64,000 nucleotides of DNA from Planctomycetota bacterium (GCA_021800165.1 JAJYZF010000002.1:25488-89487); one strand, 5' to 3'; counted from the stretch's first letter, positions 40,702-51,247 are shown. Notes: a model not told the origin generated them from the letters alone. Made by a program: numbers and translations.

Positions 40702-41255
40702 CCGACGGGGAAATGGGGAAAACATTTTGCGTCCGGATGGACGGCTCTCAAGGCCATTCTAGCTGGCCGGCTGCGCCCGTGGACAGATCAAAAAACGGCA
40801 ACCAATTATTCTTTTGTGGAGTGTCGAATGCCCCGAGAACGGGTTGCCCGGCGGAATCAAACACGGGACCACTGACCAAAGCCGCACTGGCCCTGAGTTG
40901 CAGTACCTTTTTTGAAGGGGAACCGCAACGGGCAACCGGTCTGAAGGCGACTACCTGGGACGCAGCGGGATGTTTGGAGGCCATTTCGGCGTAAATTCAG
41001 CACAAACTTAGGCGAAGTCGACCGTAGAGTGACAAGAGGCCAAGGCCTCCGCGGCAATTCTGAGGCTGGTTCGGCGAGCGTGGCTATCAGCGGCTGTTAT
41101 CCGCATTTGGTTCCGGGTGGGCAAATTTGCTGTGGTGGTGAACTTGATTCACCAGCCAGACAGCGCGTGGCGTTGTTCGGTACTGGCAGGATGAAGGAAC
41201 AGAGAGCACATTGGCAACCGACACACGGTTGCCGCGGCTGGAGGGGACCAGCCGG

Positions 41256-42641
41256 CTACGTGGTGGAATCGGCGGCCAGGGTTTCGGATGCGGTGTTAGC
41301 CGAGGACGCGAAGAGGTTGCGCCCGGCGGGTCTCCAGCGGTTTAACGCGGCGCGGGTCAGCAGCAGGCCGATGGTTCCGAAGGCCAACGCCACGACTAAC
41401 CCGCCGAGCAGAAAGGATGGCAAAAATTCATAGCCGAGCATTTCGAAGAATCCGGAAACGGATAGACCGGACCAGCCGGAAACATTCCATGGAACAAAGG
41501 TCCCGTGCAAGAGCAGGTGGCCTGTTTCGATGCTTAGCAAAAGCCAGAATGGCATGGTGGGGGTGATGGAGATTTCTGTTCCCAGCAGCGTGGCGGGCAG
41601 ATTCAGGTGCAACCGATCGGCCACCCAAACGGCTATGAGAGTCTGTAAGCCGTAGATGGGCAGCAATCCGATGAGAATACCCACTCCGATGGCGGCGGAA
41701 AGCTGGGCATTGGAGGAATTATTTTGCAGCATCTGGTAGGCCATTGTTTTCCAGTAGTGGAGGCTCCAATACGTGTGTTTATCGGGGCGGTAGAGGGAAT
41801 GTGGGGAAGGGCGCTGGATAAGCCTGACGACCGGCCATGGCATAAGCCTGCGGGTGGTAAGCAATACGTTAAGCCGCACGCCGCGGACGGTATCTCGAAA
41901 TGGTCGAAAGTGGGAAATACGCTCTTGGCCGGCGAAGTAGATGCAGGTGATGGGCACGCTGCGAATATGCACGCCGCCCCAGGCGTGTCGGACGAGGGTT
42001 TCGGTTTCAAAATCAAAGCGAAGGAACCAATGGCGCAACTTCATGGTGTAGTCCAAGGGGTAAACCCGCAGTCCACACTGGCTGTCGGGCACATCCTGGC
42101 CGGTTTGCAACCAAAGCCAGAAACGTGAGAGGTCGCGTCCGCGGATGCTGTTTTTGGGGACCAAGGCCAGGTCCATTTGCCGCTCGCCAATGATCAAATC
42201 CCGTGGGAATATGGTGGCGGCCTGGGTGAGCTTAAGCATGTCGGCAAGAAGGTGCTGGCCATCGGCATCCATCGTAATGGCATGGGTACAGCGGGCAGTG
42301 AAGGCGGCTTGGAAGCCGGTTTCAAGTGCCGCACCTTTGCCGCGATTCTTGGGGTGGGAGAGCACTGCCAGGCGTTGTGCCTGTGGGGCGGAAAGACTGT
42401 GCGCCAGGTTATGCAGGGCGGTGGCGGTGTGATCTGTACTGCCATCGTTGATGACAAATACGCGGGCGGCTGGAAAGCCGGCGAGCACGTCGGCGGTAAT
42501 TTTGGCCACGGTAGCGGGATTGTTATAGACGGGGATGATGACTGCAAAGATCGGCGCGGTTGCCGGGTCCGTGGTGCAAGACTCGCCGGGCCGAACTGCA
42601 AGGTCAGGCGGAGAAACTGGTATGGTGGTATTCAAAACCAT
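41256..42641 (-). CDS. GT2 glycosyltransferase fused to DUF2062 membrane domain
   Basis: IIPVYN, INDGSTD, NRGKGAAL, MDADGQH, DSQCGLRVYP, SHFRP..D; C-terminal A..IGVG..IGLLPIYG hydrophobic domain. Confidence 0.9.
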   Translation of the reverse strand: MVLNTTIPVSPPDLAVRPGESCTTDPATAPIFAVIIPVYNNPATVAKITADVLAGFPAARVFVINDGSTDHTATALHNLAHSLSAPQAQRLAVLSHPKNRGKGAALETGFQAAFTARCTHAITMDADGQHLLADMLKLTQAATIFPRDLIIGERQMDLALVPKNSIRGRDLSRFWLWLQTGQDVPDSQCGLRVYPLDYTMKLRHWFLRFDFETETLVRHAWGGVHIRSVPITCIYFAGQERISHFRPFRDTVRGVRLNVLLTTRRLMPWPVVRLIQRPSPHSLYRPDKHTYWSLHYWKTMAYQMLQNNSSNAQLSAAIGVGILIGLLPIYGLQTLIAVWVADRLHLNLPATLLGTEISITPTMPFWLLLSIETGHLLLHGTFVPWNVSGWSGLSVSGFFEMLGYEFLPSFLLGGLVVALAFGTIGLLLTRAALNRWRPAGRNLFASSANTASETLAADSTT

Positions 42642-42865
42642 CGCAATCTAAAAAAGTCCCGCGGAGTCAAATGTGCATCAAACCTCGCAATGTATTCCTA
42701 CCCCGGCCATGATAACGAAGGCAGGCGGATCGCACAAACCGCGTGGTCGGTGCGTATCCATGACAGGTTCCGCGCGGGCCGATATACTTTGGGCCGGTTG
42801 CGGAGGGAAATATGAAGCAGCGGCGCGCTGGCGATTGAAAAGTTCGTGGTGCTTAGGGTGTTGGC

Positions 42866-44926
42866 ATGATGTTTAAAAGGTTTGGCGTTTTGATGGGAGC
42901 GGGGGCGCTGTTGTTGTTAGCCCGTGGCTGGACCGAGGCGGCGGTAGCACCGGCGGCGGCAAAATCCGCGGTGGTTCGTGGCCAGGCTAAGCGAGAGCAC
43001 GCCAACAAATGGTTTAATCCGGATCCAAAGCTGTACCTGTTTGAAAATAAACTTAAGCCGGGCATGGTGGGATACGGGTTAACGGTGATGCACGGCGCGC
43101 AGATTCAAAAATTTCAGGTGCGGATTCTGGATGTTATTAAAAATTTCGGTCCATCCATGAATGTGATCTTGGTGAAGTGTTGGGGGCTGGGGTTACGGAA
43201 AAGCGGCATCATTGAGGGGATGAGCGGTTCACCGGTATACATTGACGGCAAGTTGATTGGCGCGATTGCGTATGGATGGGGTTTTTCCAAAGAGCCGATT
43301 GGCGGGGTTCAGCCGATTCGGCAGATGTTGCGGATACCGGTACCCAAGCTTGGGGGCGGTCGGCAAGGGGCGATGGGTTGGTCTGGTGGTTCGGGATATG
43401 TGCGCGGATTGGGTTGGAATTATGCCATCACGCACGGTTGGGCGGGATGGGGGCCGCTGGCGGCGCATCTGCTGGTGGTGCAGGGGGGGCACGCTGGGCC
43501 AATGAGGAGGGGCTTGGGCGTTTTTGGTCGCAGCGGCTTGGTTCCGCTAGCATCGCCATTGATGGTCAGCGGTGCCTCGGGCACCCTGCTGCGGTATTTG
43601 CGAGGGGAATTCCGGGGTACCTCGTTGGTTGCGATGGCGGCGGGTGCCGCGGGGCGGCGGGGCGGCAGGCACGCCACACTGTTGGGGGGCATGAGAGAAC
43701 TCAAGCCGGGGGCGTTAAGACTGCGCCCCGGTGCGGCGATCGGCGTTCCGCTGCTAAGCGGCGATGCGGACATGGGGGCCATCGGTACGGTTACGGCGGT
43801 GGTGGGCCGGCGGGTATACGCTTTTGGGCATCGCTTTTTTGCCCAGGGGCTGACCCACCTACCGATTTCCACAGCCTATATTTATACCATTTTACCGAGC
43901 GTGCGTACTTCGTTTAAGATTGGTTCCACGGATCGAGTGCAGGGGCGGCTGGTGATGGATCAGGCAACAGGCATTGTGGGAGAACTGGGCCGACCTATCC
44001 GGCAGGTACCCATTACGGTGCGGATGGCCAACGCCTCGGGCACGCTGGATAAAACCTTCCATTACAAGCTGTATCCGAATGTCAATGCCACGGTAGGTTC
44101 CTTGGGCGCTGCGATTCTGGCGAGCATGGTGGCCCATCAGAAACCCAAAGGGCTTTTTACGCTGCATGTGGCGGGCCGGTTCAATTTTAACGGGGCGGCC
44201 ATTCCCTTTGATGACGAAATAACCAACAGCCATTATACCACCAAAGGATTTATGACCCGGCTGCTTTTGCCAGTGGGTCTGCTGATCAACAATCCATTTC
44301 ATAAGCTGGTGCTGACGAGTGCGAATGTGCATATCTTTCTGGATCCGGTGGATCGCAGCGCCGCGATTACAGGTGTAACGGTGCAGCGCCGGGTGGTGGC
44401 GCAGGGGGACACGGTGGTGGCGCGAGTGCAACTGCTGAACTTTAACGGTACGCCGCGTGTGGTGCGGCTGAGGCTCAAGGTACCTGTGAATATCCCCAAT
44501 GGTCAGTATCACCTGGTGGTAGGGTCTGCGCGGGCGGTATTGCAACAGGCATTTGACTATTATCCGCAGCGTTTTGCGCCGGACAATCTGGCGACGCTGA
44601 TTCGGGCGGTCCGGCGTATTTTGGCGTATAAGGACAATCGTCTTTATGCGCGGCTTATTCTCAATGCCAGTGGTATTGCCATGGGCACACGGGAATATCC
44701 GGGCCTGCCGGCAAGTCGCAGTGCCCTGATCGCCCAGATGAATCCGGCCCAGACGGTACCGCTGTATCAAGATGTAACGGCAGAGGTGCCGGCGGGGGCG
44801 GTTGTGGCGCAGGGTGGGGCCAGCTTTACGATTGTTGTGCGGCACCATGCGGATGAACGTTTTGTGGGCGGTGCCCATTTGGCACCTGGCGCTGCCCGGT
44901 TGCCGATGCGGCCGGTTCCGGGCTAA
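42866..44926 (+). CDS. exported SpoIVB-like peptidase (S55)
   Basis: Signal peptide; GIIEGMSGSPVYIDGKLIGA catalytic-Ser motif; later GTVT...AFGH and SFKIG. Confidence 0.9.
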   Translation: MMFKRFGVLMGAGALLLLARGWTEAAVAPAAAKSAVVRGQAKREHANKWFNPDPKLYLFENKLKPGMVGYGLTVMHGAQIQKFQVRILDVIKNFGPSMNVILVKCWGLGLRKSGIIEGMSGSPVYIDGKLIGAIAYGWGFSKEPIGGVQPIRQMLRIPVPKLGGGRQGAMGWSGGSGYVRGLGWNYAITHGWAGWGPLAAHLLVVQGGHAGPMRRGLGVFGRSGLVPLASPLMVSGASGTLLRYLRGEFRGTSLVAMAAGAAGRRGGRHATLLGGMRELKPGALRLRPGAAIGVPLLSGDADMGAIGTVTAVVGRRVYAFGHRFFAQGLTHLPISTAYIYTILPSVRTSFKIGSTDRVQGRLVMDQATGIVGELGRPIRQVPITVRMANASGTLDKTFHYKLYPNVNATVGSLGAAILASMVAHQKPKGLFTLHVAGRFNFNGAAIPFDDEITNSHYTTKGFMTRLLLPVGLLINNPFHKLVLTSANVHIFLDPVDRSAAITGVTVQRRVVAQGDTVVARVQLLNFNGTPRVVRLRLKVPVNIPNGQYHLVVGSARAVLQQAFDYYPQRFAPDNLATLIRAVRRILAYKDNRLYARLILNASGIAMGTREYPGLPASRSALIAQMNPAQTVPLYQDVTAEVPAGAVVAQGGASFTIVVRHHADERFVGGAHLAPGAARLPMRPVPG

Positions 44927-45012
44927 ATTGCCGGTCGGGCGTAGGCAGCGGGCGGGACAGGTGCGCGGTATTGGTCGGGCTTTTAAGGCAAGAACGGATA
45001 TACGGAGATCCA

Positions 45013-47208
45013 ATGAAAAGCAGGAAGATTGGTCCATGGTTGGTATTCATCGCCGGGGTCTTGTGGTTGCAATCGGCGGTGTGGGCGGTGCATCCGGTGA
45101 CGTGGCGGTTTAACAGTGAAAAGGCGTATTCCACCGGCAAGTTTACGGCCACGGAAGTAAACAACTACGGACAACTTTTTCTGGGGCGTACCGCGGTGAA
45201 GCTGGTGAAAAAGCCAGCCTTTGGTTTTGTCAATGCCATGGTTCAAACCAAAAATGGAGATATTTTTTGGGGCACCACAGCCCCGGGTAAGGTTTGGGTA
45301 TGGGCGGCGGGCAAAGCCCAGCCGTACTACAGTGTGCCGGGGACTGACCGGCAGGTGTTGTCGCTGGCGGTCGGGAAGCGGGGCCATGTGCTGGCGGGAA
45401 TTTCCGGCCAGGGGCCGGCGAAGCTGGTGCGGCTGACGCAAAACGCGGGTGGAAAAGTTGTGGCGCAGAGCCTGTTTCATCGGGTGGGCGTCAAATATAT
45501 CTGGGCCATTCATGTCAATACCGATGGAAGCATGTATCTGGCGACCGGTCCGACCGGTGAGCTCTGGAAGATCAGCCGGGCCGGTAAGGCGTCTTTGGTG
45601 TTGAAAACCGGGACGAAGAATATATTGGCGATGGTCCAGGCAGCGCACCAGAACCTGGTGGTGGGAACCGATTCTCCAGGGTTGGTGATTCGGGTAAACG
45701 AAAGGACGGGTAAACCTTTTGTGCTGCTATCGGCGGGTGCTGCGGAAATTGATGCGTTGGCGGTGGACCCATCGGGCGACATTTTTGCGGCCACGGCTTC
45801 ACCCCTGCTGGCGCGGATAGGGGCGGCGGTGCTGAGCATGCAAGCTGATCTGGCGGGTATGGGACGCCCGGCTCTGGTACATGGGGGCAAGGTGCTCGAT
45901 GCCGGGCTGCACAAAGGCAAGGGCCATGTTGCACCCAAGCCGGCCAAAGCGCGGATGGGCCGTTTGCCCCCTCGATCGCATCCACTGCCTCTGCCGTTTC
46001 CTTCGGTGGGGAATGTCAAGAGTAATGTGGTATATCAGATCACACCAACGGGGCGAGCGAGTATTTTGCTGCATGTGCCGGATATGATTTTGTCCATGGT
46101 GTATCAGGATGGGAAACTGCTGCTGGGGCTGGGCGGCCATGGCCGGCTGTTGCAATACGACCCCTTCACGCAAACGGAAACGCTGGTGACGCGGTTAACG
46201 CAGATGGATATTCTTTCGTTGCTGGCGGGGCGGCACGGCGGGTTGTACTTGGGAACCGCCAATGGGGGGCAGGTGCTGCGATTGTCGGGAAGGGCCGCAG
46301 CCAGCGGTACGTATGTGAGCCGAGTGCTGGATGCGAAACTGCCCGCCAACTGGGGGGTGGCGCACTTGCAGGCGGCAATGCCCGTGGGAACGCGTGTGAC
46401 CATTCGCACGCGCAGCGGCAATGTGAAAAATGTTAAGACGTTGGGACGGTTCTGGAGCGCGTGGTCGGCGGCAATGCCGGCCAATACATGGAGGAAGATG
46501 TCCAGCCCCGCGGCGCGGTATCTGCAGTTCAAAATTCATCTCATGGCCAACAAGGCCGGTCAATCGCCGGTGGTTGATGCCGCCGGGCTGGTGTATCAGC
46601 AGATCACGGTTCCACCGCAAATTAACTCGGTCATGGCAGTACCGGTGGCGGGCGATTCGCATCTGGTCAAAATTAAATGGTCGGCCACGGATGCCAATGG
46701 AGATAGCTTGCAGTATCGCCTGGAGTACAGGCAAAAAGGGATCCCGGTATGGATTGGTCTGGTGAAGCATCTGACGGATACGGATTATTTGTTTAAAACC
46801 AACTCTGTGCCCAGCGGCAAGTACCGTGTAAAGGTGATTGCCAGCAATGCCGCCGACAACAGCCCGCAGGAGACTTTTGAGGTGGCTCGGGAAACACGTT
46901 ATTTTGTGGTTGAAAATGCGCCGCCGGTGATCAGCGGGCTCAAGGCGAAAGTGTTGCCGGATCAACGCGTGGTAGTGACGGGCTTTGTGCATAGTCGGCG
47001 AGTACCCGTTGTGGCGGTGGCCTTTCAGGTGGATTCCGGTAAGTACTGGCAACCGGCGGCGGCTTCGGATAAGATATTTGACGCGCCGCTGGAAGGTTTT
47101 TCCGCCCGGACCGGAAAACTGGCCGCGGGGCCGCATCGGATTACCATTCGGGCGGTCGATGCCAAGGGCAACAAGACTTATAAATCGGTGATGGTAACGG
47201 TCCATTAA
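45013..47208 (+). CDS. exported beta-propeller protein with C-terminal Ig/FN3-like domains
   Basis: Signal peptide; repeated blades (YLATGPTG, VVGTDSPG, YLGTANGG); TRSGN...WSAWS, RYLQF, WSATDANGD. Confidence 0.8.
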   Translation: MKSRKIGPWLVFIAGVLWLQSAVWAVHPVTWRFNSEKAYSTGKFTATEVNNYGQLFLGRTAVKLVKKPAFGFVNAMVQTKNGDIFWGTTAPGKVWVWAAGKAQPYYSVPGTDRQVLSLAVGKRGHVLAGISGQGPAKLVRLTQNAGGKVVAQSLFHRVGVKYIWAIHVNTDGSMYLATGPTGELWKISRAGKASLVLKTGTKNILAMVQAAHQNLVVGTDSPGLVIRVNERTGKPFVLLSAGAAEIDALAVDPSGDIFAATASPLLARIGAAVLSMQADLAGMGRPALVHGGKVLDAGLHKGKGHVAPKPAKARMGRLPPRSHPLPLPFPSVGNVKSNVVYQITPTGRASILLHVPDMILSMVYQDGKLLLGLGGHGRLLQYDPFTQTETLVTRLTQMDILSLLAGRHGGLYLGTANGGQVLRLSGRAAASGTYVSRVLDAKLPANWGVAHLQAAMPVGTRVTIRTRSGNVKNVKTLGRFWSAWSAAMPANTWRKMSSPAARYLQFKIHLMANKAGQSPVVDAAGLVYQQITVPPQINSVMAVPVAGDSHLVKIKWSATDANGDSLQYRLEYRQKGIPVWIGLVKHLTDTDYLFKTNSVPSGKYRVKVIASNAADNSPQETFEVARETRYFVVENAPPVISGLKAKVLPDQRVVVTGFVHSRRVPVVAVAFQVDSGKYWQPAAASDKIFDAPLEGFSARTGKLAAGPHRITIRAVDAKGNKTYKSVMVTVH

Positions 47209-47486
47209 GGCGGAACCAACACTCTGCTGGAGAATAAGCGTGCATTACCCCCATAAGATCAGCAATCGCAAACGGGCCAGAAACATTGGTTTTAGGGCCA
47301 GAATGAAGACCAAAAAAGGCCGGCAGATGATGAATCGTAAACGCGCGGTGGGTCGATCAGTCAACGTGGTCTAAGCGGGAGGGCCTGCTCCCCCGGAGCC
47401 TGATAGATTGTTAGATGGTGAACATCTGCGGCTGTTGCACAGCCGTGCGGAGGAACAGATCCCGGCAGCGGTTTAATGAATGCCGG

Positions 47487-47837
47487 TCAGCCCGGCATTC
47501 CGACCAGCAGCAAAGTGCCAAAGGCCAGCGAAATCACCAGCAAAATAATGATGGCCCAGAGCGGTAAGGATTTCTTGGCATTGGTCTCCAAATCGGTCGG
47601 TTGGACAGGGCCATGGAGTTCCTTCCACTTTTCCCATGCTGCCAAAGCCCAGATCAAGGCGCTGCCGAAAAGCAAAACCATGCCGACATTGCGAATGATC
47701 GGAGGGAAAGGAACCAAGGCCAGAATATGAGACGACCACAAGTTATTCAGTGACATCATGTTCATTGACCACATTTCACCGGTTAGCGCGACCGTTTTTG
47801 AGGAGGGTATTGTCGCATGTGCGGTGGTGTTTGTCAC
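47487..47837 (-). CDS. small two-TM hypothetical membrane protein
   Basis: Two hydrophobic helices; co-directional with the upstream vWA gene; start uncertain. Confidence 0.5.
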   Translation of the reverse strand: MTNTTAHATIPSSKTVALTGEMWSMNMMSLNNLWSSHILALVPFPPIIRNVGMVLLFGSALIWALAAWEKWKELHGPVQPTDLETNAKKSLPLWAIIILLVISLAFGTLLLVGMPG

Positions 47838-47873
47838 CGGTGCTGTGGCCCAGAGTTCCGCAATAGCGCGTTT

Positions 47874-49016
47874 TTAGGTCAGATAGGCTTTATTTTTCTT
47901 GCCGCTAAGGTAACTTTCCATAACACAACTGGCCAGGTCGTCGGAGGCGCAGTAAAAGGCCACGCCGCGGCAAAGTCGCGTGAGCTGATCCACAAATTCC
48001 ACCCATTCCATCCCCCAATAGTCCTCAATTAAGGCGAAGGTGGCCACCCGGATTCGCGCCCGCGTGCAAAGCAGGGCCTCGCGCAGGGTGGCCAGGGCTG
48101 TTACTTGCTCCGGAGGATATATCAGATGCAGGATGTCCGCTTCCACATGTGCGGTCGGCTGGCCATCGGTAATGATGAACATCATTTTCTGCTCGGCAGG
48201 TCGCGAGGTCAGAATTCTGCGGCCCATTTGCAGGGCCAGTTGCAGGTTGGTGAAATGCTGGTGGGTGTGTGCGGCTTGGGCCAGGGGAATGCTTAGGCGA
48301 ATTTCATATTCGTGCGTGCTGACGGGTTTAGGCATCAGCAGGGGTAATTGCTGTTCGGAGATGCGCGTTGCGGTGCTGTAAAAGCCAACGATATCGATGG
48401 TATCCTGCGGATAGCGTTGGCGCACCAGCGCCGTCAAGGCCATGGCTACCTTTTTAGCGGCCAGAAATCGTCCATGGCGCATCATACTTCCGGACATGTC
48501 GATTAAAATACACAGGGAGCACGATGTGGTACCCTCCACCAGATGCAATTCGAGATCCCGTTCGTTGAATTGAATGGGCAGCCCGACAAACCGGCCGGTG
48601 GAAACATTCCTGGTCATCGCGTTGCGCAGCGACTGGTTCATGTCCAGTTCGCTGATAGGATCGCCGAAGGCGTACGGCTTGGTTGACTCGAGCCGATCGG
48701 ATCCGGCTCCGGCGGCCAGGGTGGGATGGCCTTCGCGGGAACCGCGCGGTAAATTGGCAAAAATTTCCATCAGGGCCTTGCGCTGCATGGTACTGATGGC
48801 GCGCGGGGTCAGCCGTACTCGACCGGCCACCTTTTCCAGCAATCCTTCTTGCATTAATTTTTCAAGTAGTTCAGGGTTGGTTTCGTGGAGGCGTTCCAGG
48901 GCTTCAAGAGCTTTGTCTCCATAATCAAGGACAAAGTCCATAATCTGGTCATAACTGAAAAGGCTATCCGGGGTGGCAAATTTCTGGCCGTCGTATTCAC
49001 CATAAATATGTTTCAT
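47874..49016 (-). CDS. vWA domain protein
   Basis: MIDAS LIDMSGSM, FTNLQ and IITDGQPTAH; N-terminal LTPRAI...Y.FGD region. Confidence 0.88.
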   Translation of the reverse strand: MKHIYGEYDGQKFATPDSLFSYDQIMDFVLDYGDKALEALERLHETNPELLEKLMQEGLLEKVAGRVRLTPRAISTMQRKALMEIFANLPRGSREGHPTLAAGAGSDRLESTKPYAFGDPISELDMNQSLRNAMTRNVSTGRFVGLPIQFNERDLELHLVEGTTSCSLCILIDMSGSMMRHGRFLAAKKVAMALTALVRQRYPQDTIDIVGFYSTATRISEQQLPLLMPKPVSTHEYEIRLSIPLAQAAHTHQHFTNLQLALQMGRRILTSRPAEQKMMFIITDGQPTAHVEADILHLIYPPEQVTALATLREALLCTRARIRVATFALIEDYWGMEWVEFVDQLTRLCRGVAFYCASDDLASCVMESYLSGKKNKAYLT

Positions 49017-49102
49017 CGCACACCTGCCTGCATCGGTTATGATTACAGTCTTGTTTGATCTTAGGCGGTCAAGCAGGGGGTTGGCAAGCCCTTGGACGGA
49101 TC

Positions 49103-51247
49103 TTACGCCACGGTGAGTTCGCAGCTTACGGTGGCCGCAGCTTCAGCATTCGGTTGTCCGCCACCGACGCTGATTAAAAACGTTCCCGGTTCAATGAAGG
49201 CTTCGCCGTTGTCACGAAATGCGGAAAAGTGCTCCGGCCCTATATCAAATTTCACAATCCGCCGCTGGCCGGCGCGGATATGCACCCGCTGAAAACCCGC
49301 CAGATGATGGCGCGGGACCGGTACGCTGGCCTGGACATCCCGCACGTACAGTTGCACGACTTCGTCCCCGGCACGCTGTCCGGTGTTCACCACCTGCACC
49401 TGAGCCCGGACGGATTGACCGGGATGAATTGTGTTGCGACTGAGTTTTAGCTGTTCATAGTGGAAGGTGGTATAACTTAGCCCGTATCCGAAGGGGTATA
49501 AGGGTTCTTCGGTCATAAAACGATACGTGCGTCCGGCCATGTTGTAATCTTGGAAGGGGGGCAGTTGCGCCAGCGATTTGACAAAAGTGACGGGCAGACG
49601 ACCGGCCGGGTTATAGCGCCCCCAGAGAACGTCGGCAATGGCCTTGGCTCCGCGCTCGCCGGGGTACCACGCCATGAGAATAGCCGGGATGTTATCTTTG
49701 GCCCAGCCGATTTCGATCGGACTGCCCCCGGTCAACACCAGAACCACGGGCTTGCCCGTGGCGTGCAAGGCTTGCAGAAGCTCCAATTGTCGGCCGGGCA
49801 GACCGATGCGTAGCCTGTCGCCACCGCCATCGGCTGCCGCATCACCGGTATCGCCGGATTCCTCTCCTTCCAAGACCGGGGTATAACCCAAAACCGCAAT
49901 AATTAAATCCGCATCGGGGATAACCCAGCTTAGTTCGCCGGTGTTGATTGGGCGGGATCCGGCGAGATCACAGCCTTTGACATAATTGACCTGGGTGGCG
50001 GCACCGGCGGCTGAAATAATTCCCTCCAGAATGGTTTGTGACTCCCGGGCAAAGCCCGTGTAATTGCCGTAAAGGGCTTCGGGGTTGTGGGCGGTTGGTC
50101 CGATCACGGCGATGGAGTTTAATGTGCCTGCCAAGGGCAGGATGGCACGATCGTTTTTCAACAGCACGATGGATTCCCGGGCCATGGTCAAAGCGGCTTG
50201 GCGATGGGCGGCGCTGGCCACGCGGCGCAGCGGTATTTTGGCAAACGGCACCTGTCGCGGCGCATCGAACATGCCCAGTCGCAGCCGGGCTTCCAGCAGC
50301 CGGACGACGGCGCGATCAATTTCAGCTTCAGTGATTAAACCGCGTTGCAGGGCATCGCCAAGGTGGCCATACGTGACACCACAGTTAAGCTCGCATCCGG
50401 CACGCACCGCCATGGCCGCCGATGCCGCACCATCGGTCGTGACATGATGGTGGTTGTGAAAATCGCAGATGGCCCCGCAGTCGGATACCACAAACCCATC
50501 AAACCCCCATTCCTGGCGGAGGATTTTTTCCAGCAGCGTGGTGCTGCCGCAGCAAGGCTCGCCATTCACGCGGTTGTACGCCCCCATCACGGAGGCCGCA
50601 CCCGCCTCCTGGACACAAGCCTTAAACGCGGGCAGATACGTTTCCCGCAGATCACGTGGCGAAACGACAGCGTTAAAACCGTGGCGCAGCGGTTCTGGCC
50701 CGCTATGGACCGCAAAGTGTTTGGGAGTGGCCACCACCTTGAGATATTTCGGATTATCACCCTGCAGGCCTTGGACGAAAGCCACGCCCATACGGGCGGT
50801 CAGAAATGGGTCTTCACCATAGGTTTCCTGACCGCGGCCCCAGCGCGGGTCCCGGAAGATATTGATATTCGGCGTCCAATAGGTAAGCCCGAAGTATTGG
50901 CCACGATAACCGCGTTTGAGCGCCGCATGATGTTTGGCCCGGGCCTCGTCGGCTATGATGCCGGCGATCTGGGCAATGCCTGGGGCATTAAAAGTGGCCG
51001 CCAAACCAATGGCTTGGGGGAAAACAGTGGCCAATCCGGCCCGGGCCACGCCATGCAAACATTCATTCCACCAGTTATAGGCAGGTATGTTCAACCGCGG
51101 CACGGCCACGGATTCATGCAGCATCTGGCCCAACTTCTCCTCCAGTGTGAGTTCTTGGACCATGGCTTGGGCCCGCTGCCGGTATAGCTGGCGGTAATCC
51201 ACAATCCTGGATTTAGCAGGCAGAGTTCTGCTTTTTTTACTTTTCAT
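49103..51247 (-). CDS. GH3 beta-xylosidase/beta-glucosidase (cytoplasmic)
   Basis: WNECLHG, PNINIFRDPRWGRGQETYGEDP, KHF, nucleophile VVSDCGA, FGYGLSYT, C-terminal FN3-like domain. Confidence 0.96.
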   Translation of the reverse strand: MKSKKSRTLPAKSRIVDYRQLYRQRAQAMVQELTLEEKLGQMLHESVAVPRLNIPAYNWWNECLHGVARAGLATVFPQAIGLAATFNAPGIAQIAGIIADEARAKHHAALKRGYRGQYFGLTYWTPNINIFRDPRWGRGQETYGEDPFLTARMGVAFVQGLQGDNPKYLKVVATPKHFAVHSGPEPLRHGFNAVVSPRDLRETYLPAFKACVQEAGAASVMGAYNRVNGEPCCGSTTLLEKILRQEWGFDGFVVSDCGAICDFHNHHHVTTDGAASAAMAVRAGCELNCGVTYGHLGDALQRGLITEAEIDRAVVRLLEARLRLGMFDAPRQVPFAKIPLRRVASAAHRQAALTMARESIVLLKNDRAILPLAGTLNSIAVIGPTAHNPEALYGNYTGFARESQTILEGIISAAGAATQVNYVKGCDLAGSRPINTGELSWVIPDADLIIAVLGYTPVLEGEESGDTGDAAADGGGDRLRIGLPGRQLELLQALHATGKPVVLVLTGGSPIEIGWAKDNIPAILMAWYPGERGAKAIADVLWGRYNPAGRLPVTFVKSLAQLPPFQDYNMAGRTYRFMTEEPLYPFGYGLSYTTFHYEQLKLSRNTIHPGQSVRAQVQVVNTGQRAGDEVVQLYVRDVQASVPVPRHHLAGFQRVHIRAGQRRIVKFDIGPEHFSAFRDNGEAFIEPGTFLISVGGGQPNAEAAATVSCELTVA

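Noticed and set aside
40702-41255. 550-bp gap with short ORFs
   Set aside because: No RBS/motif-supported ORF, repeat or RNA structure that I can support.
47209-47486. Possible ncRNA (hairpin CGGCTG-TTGCA-CAGCCG) between convergent genes
   Set aside because: No SRP, tmRNA, 6S or tRNA consensus; probably a terminator-like hairpin. An Infernal/Rfam scan would settle it.
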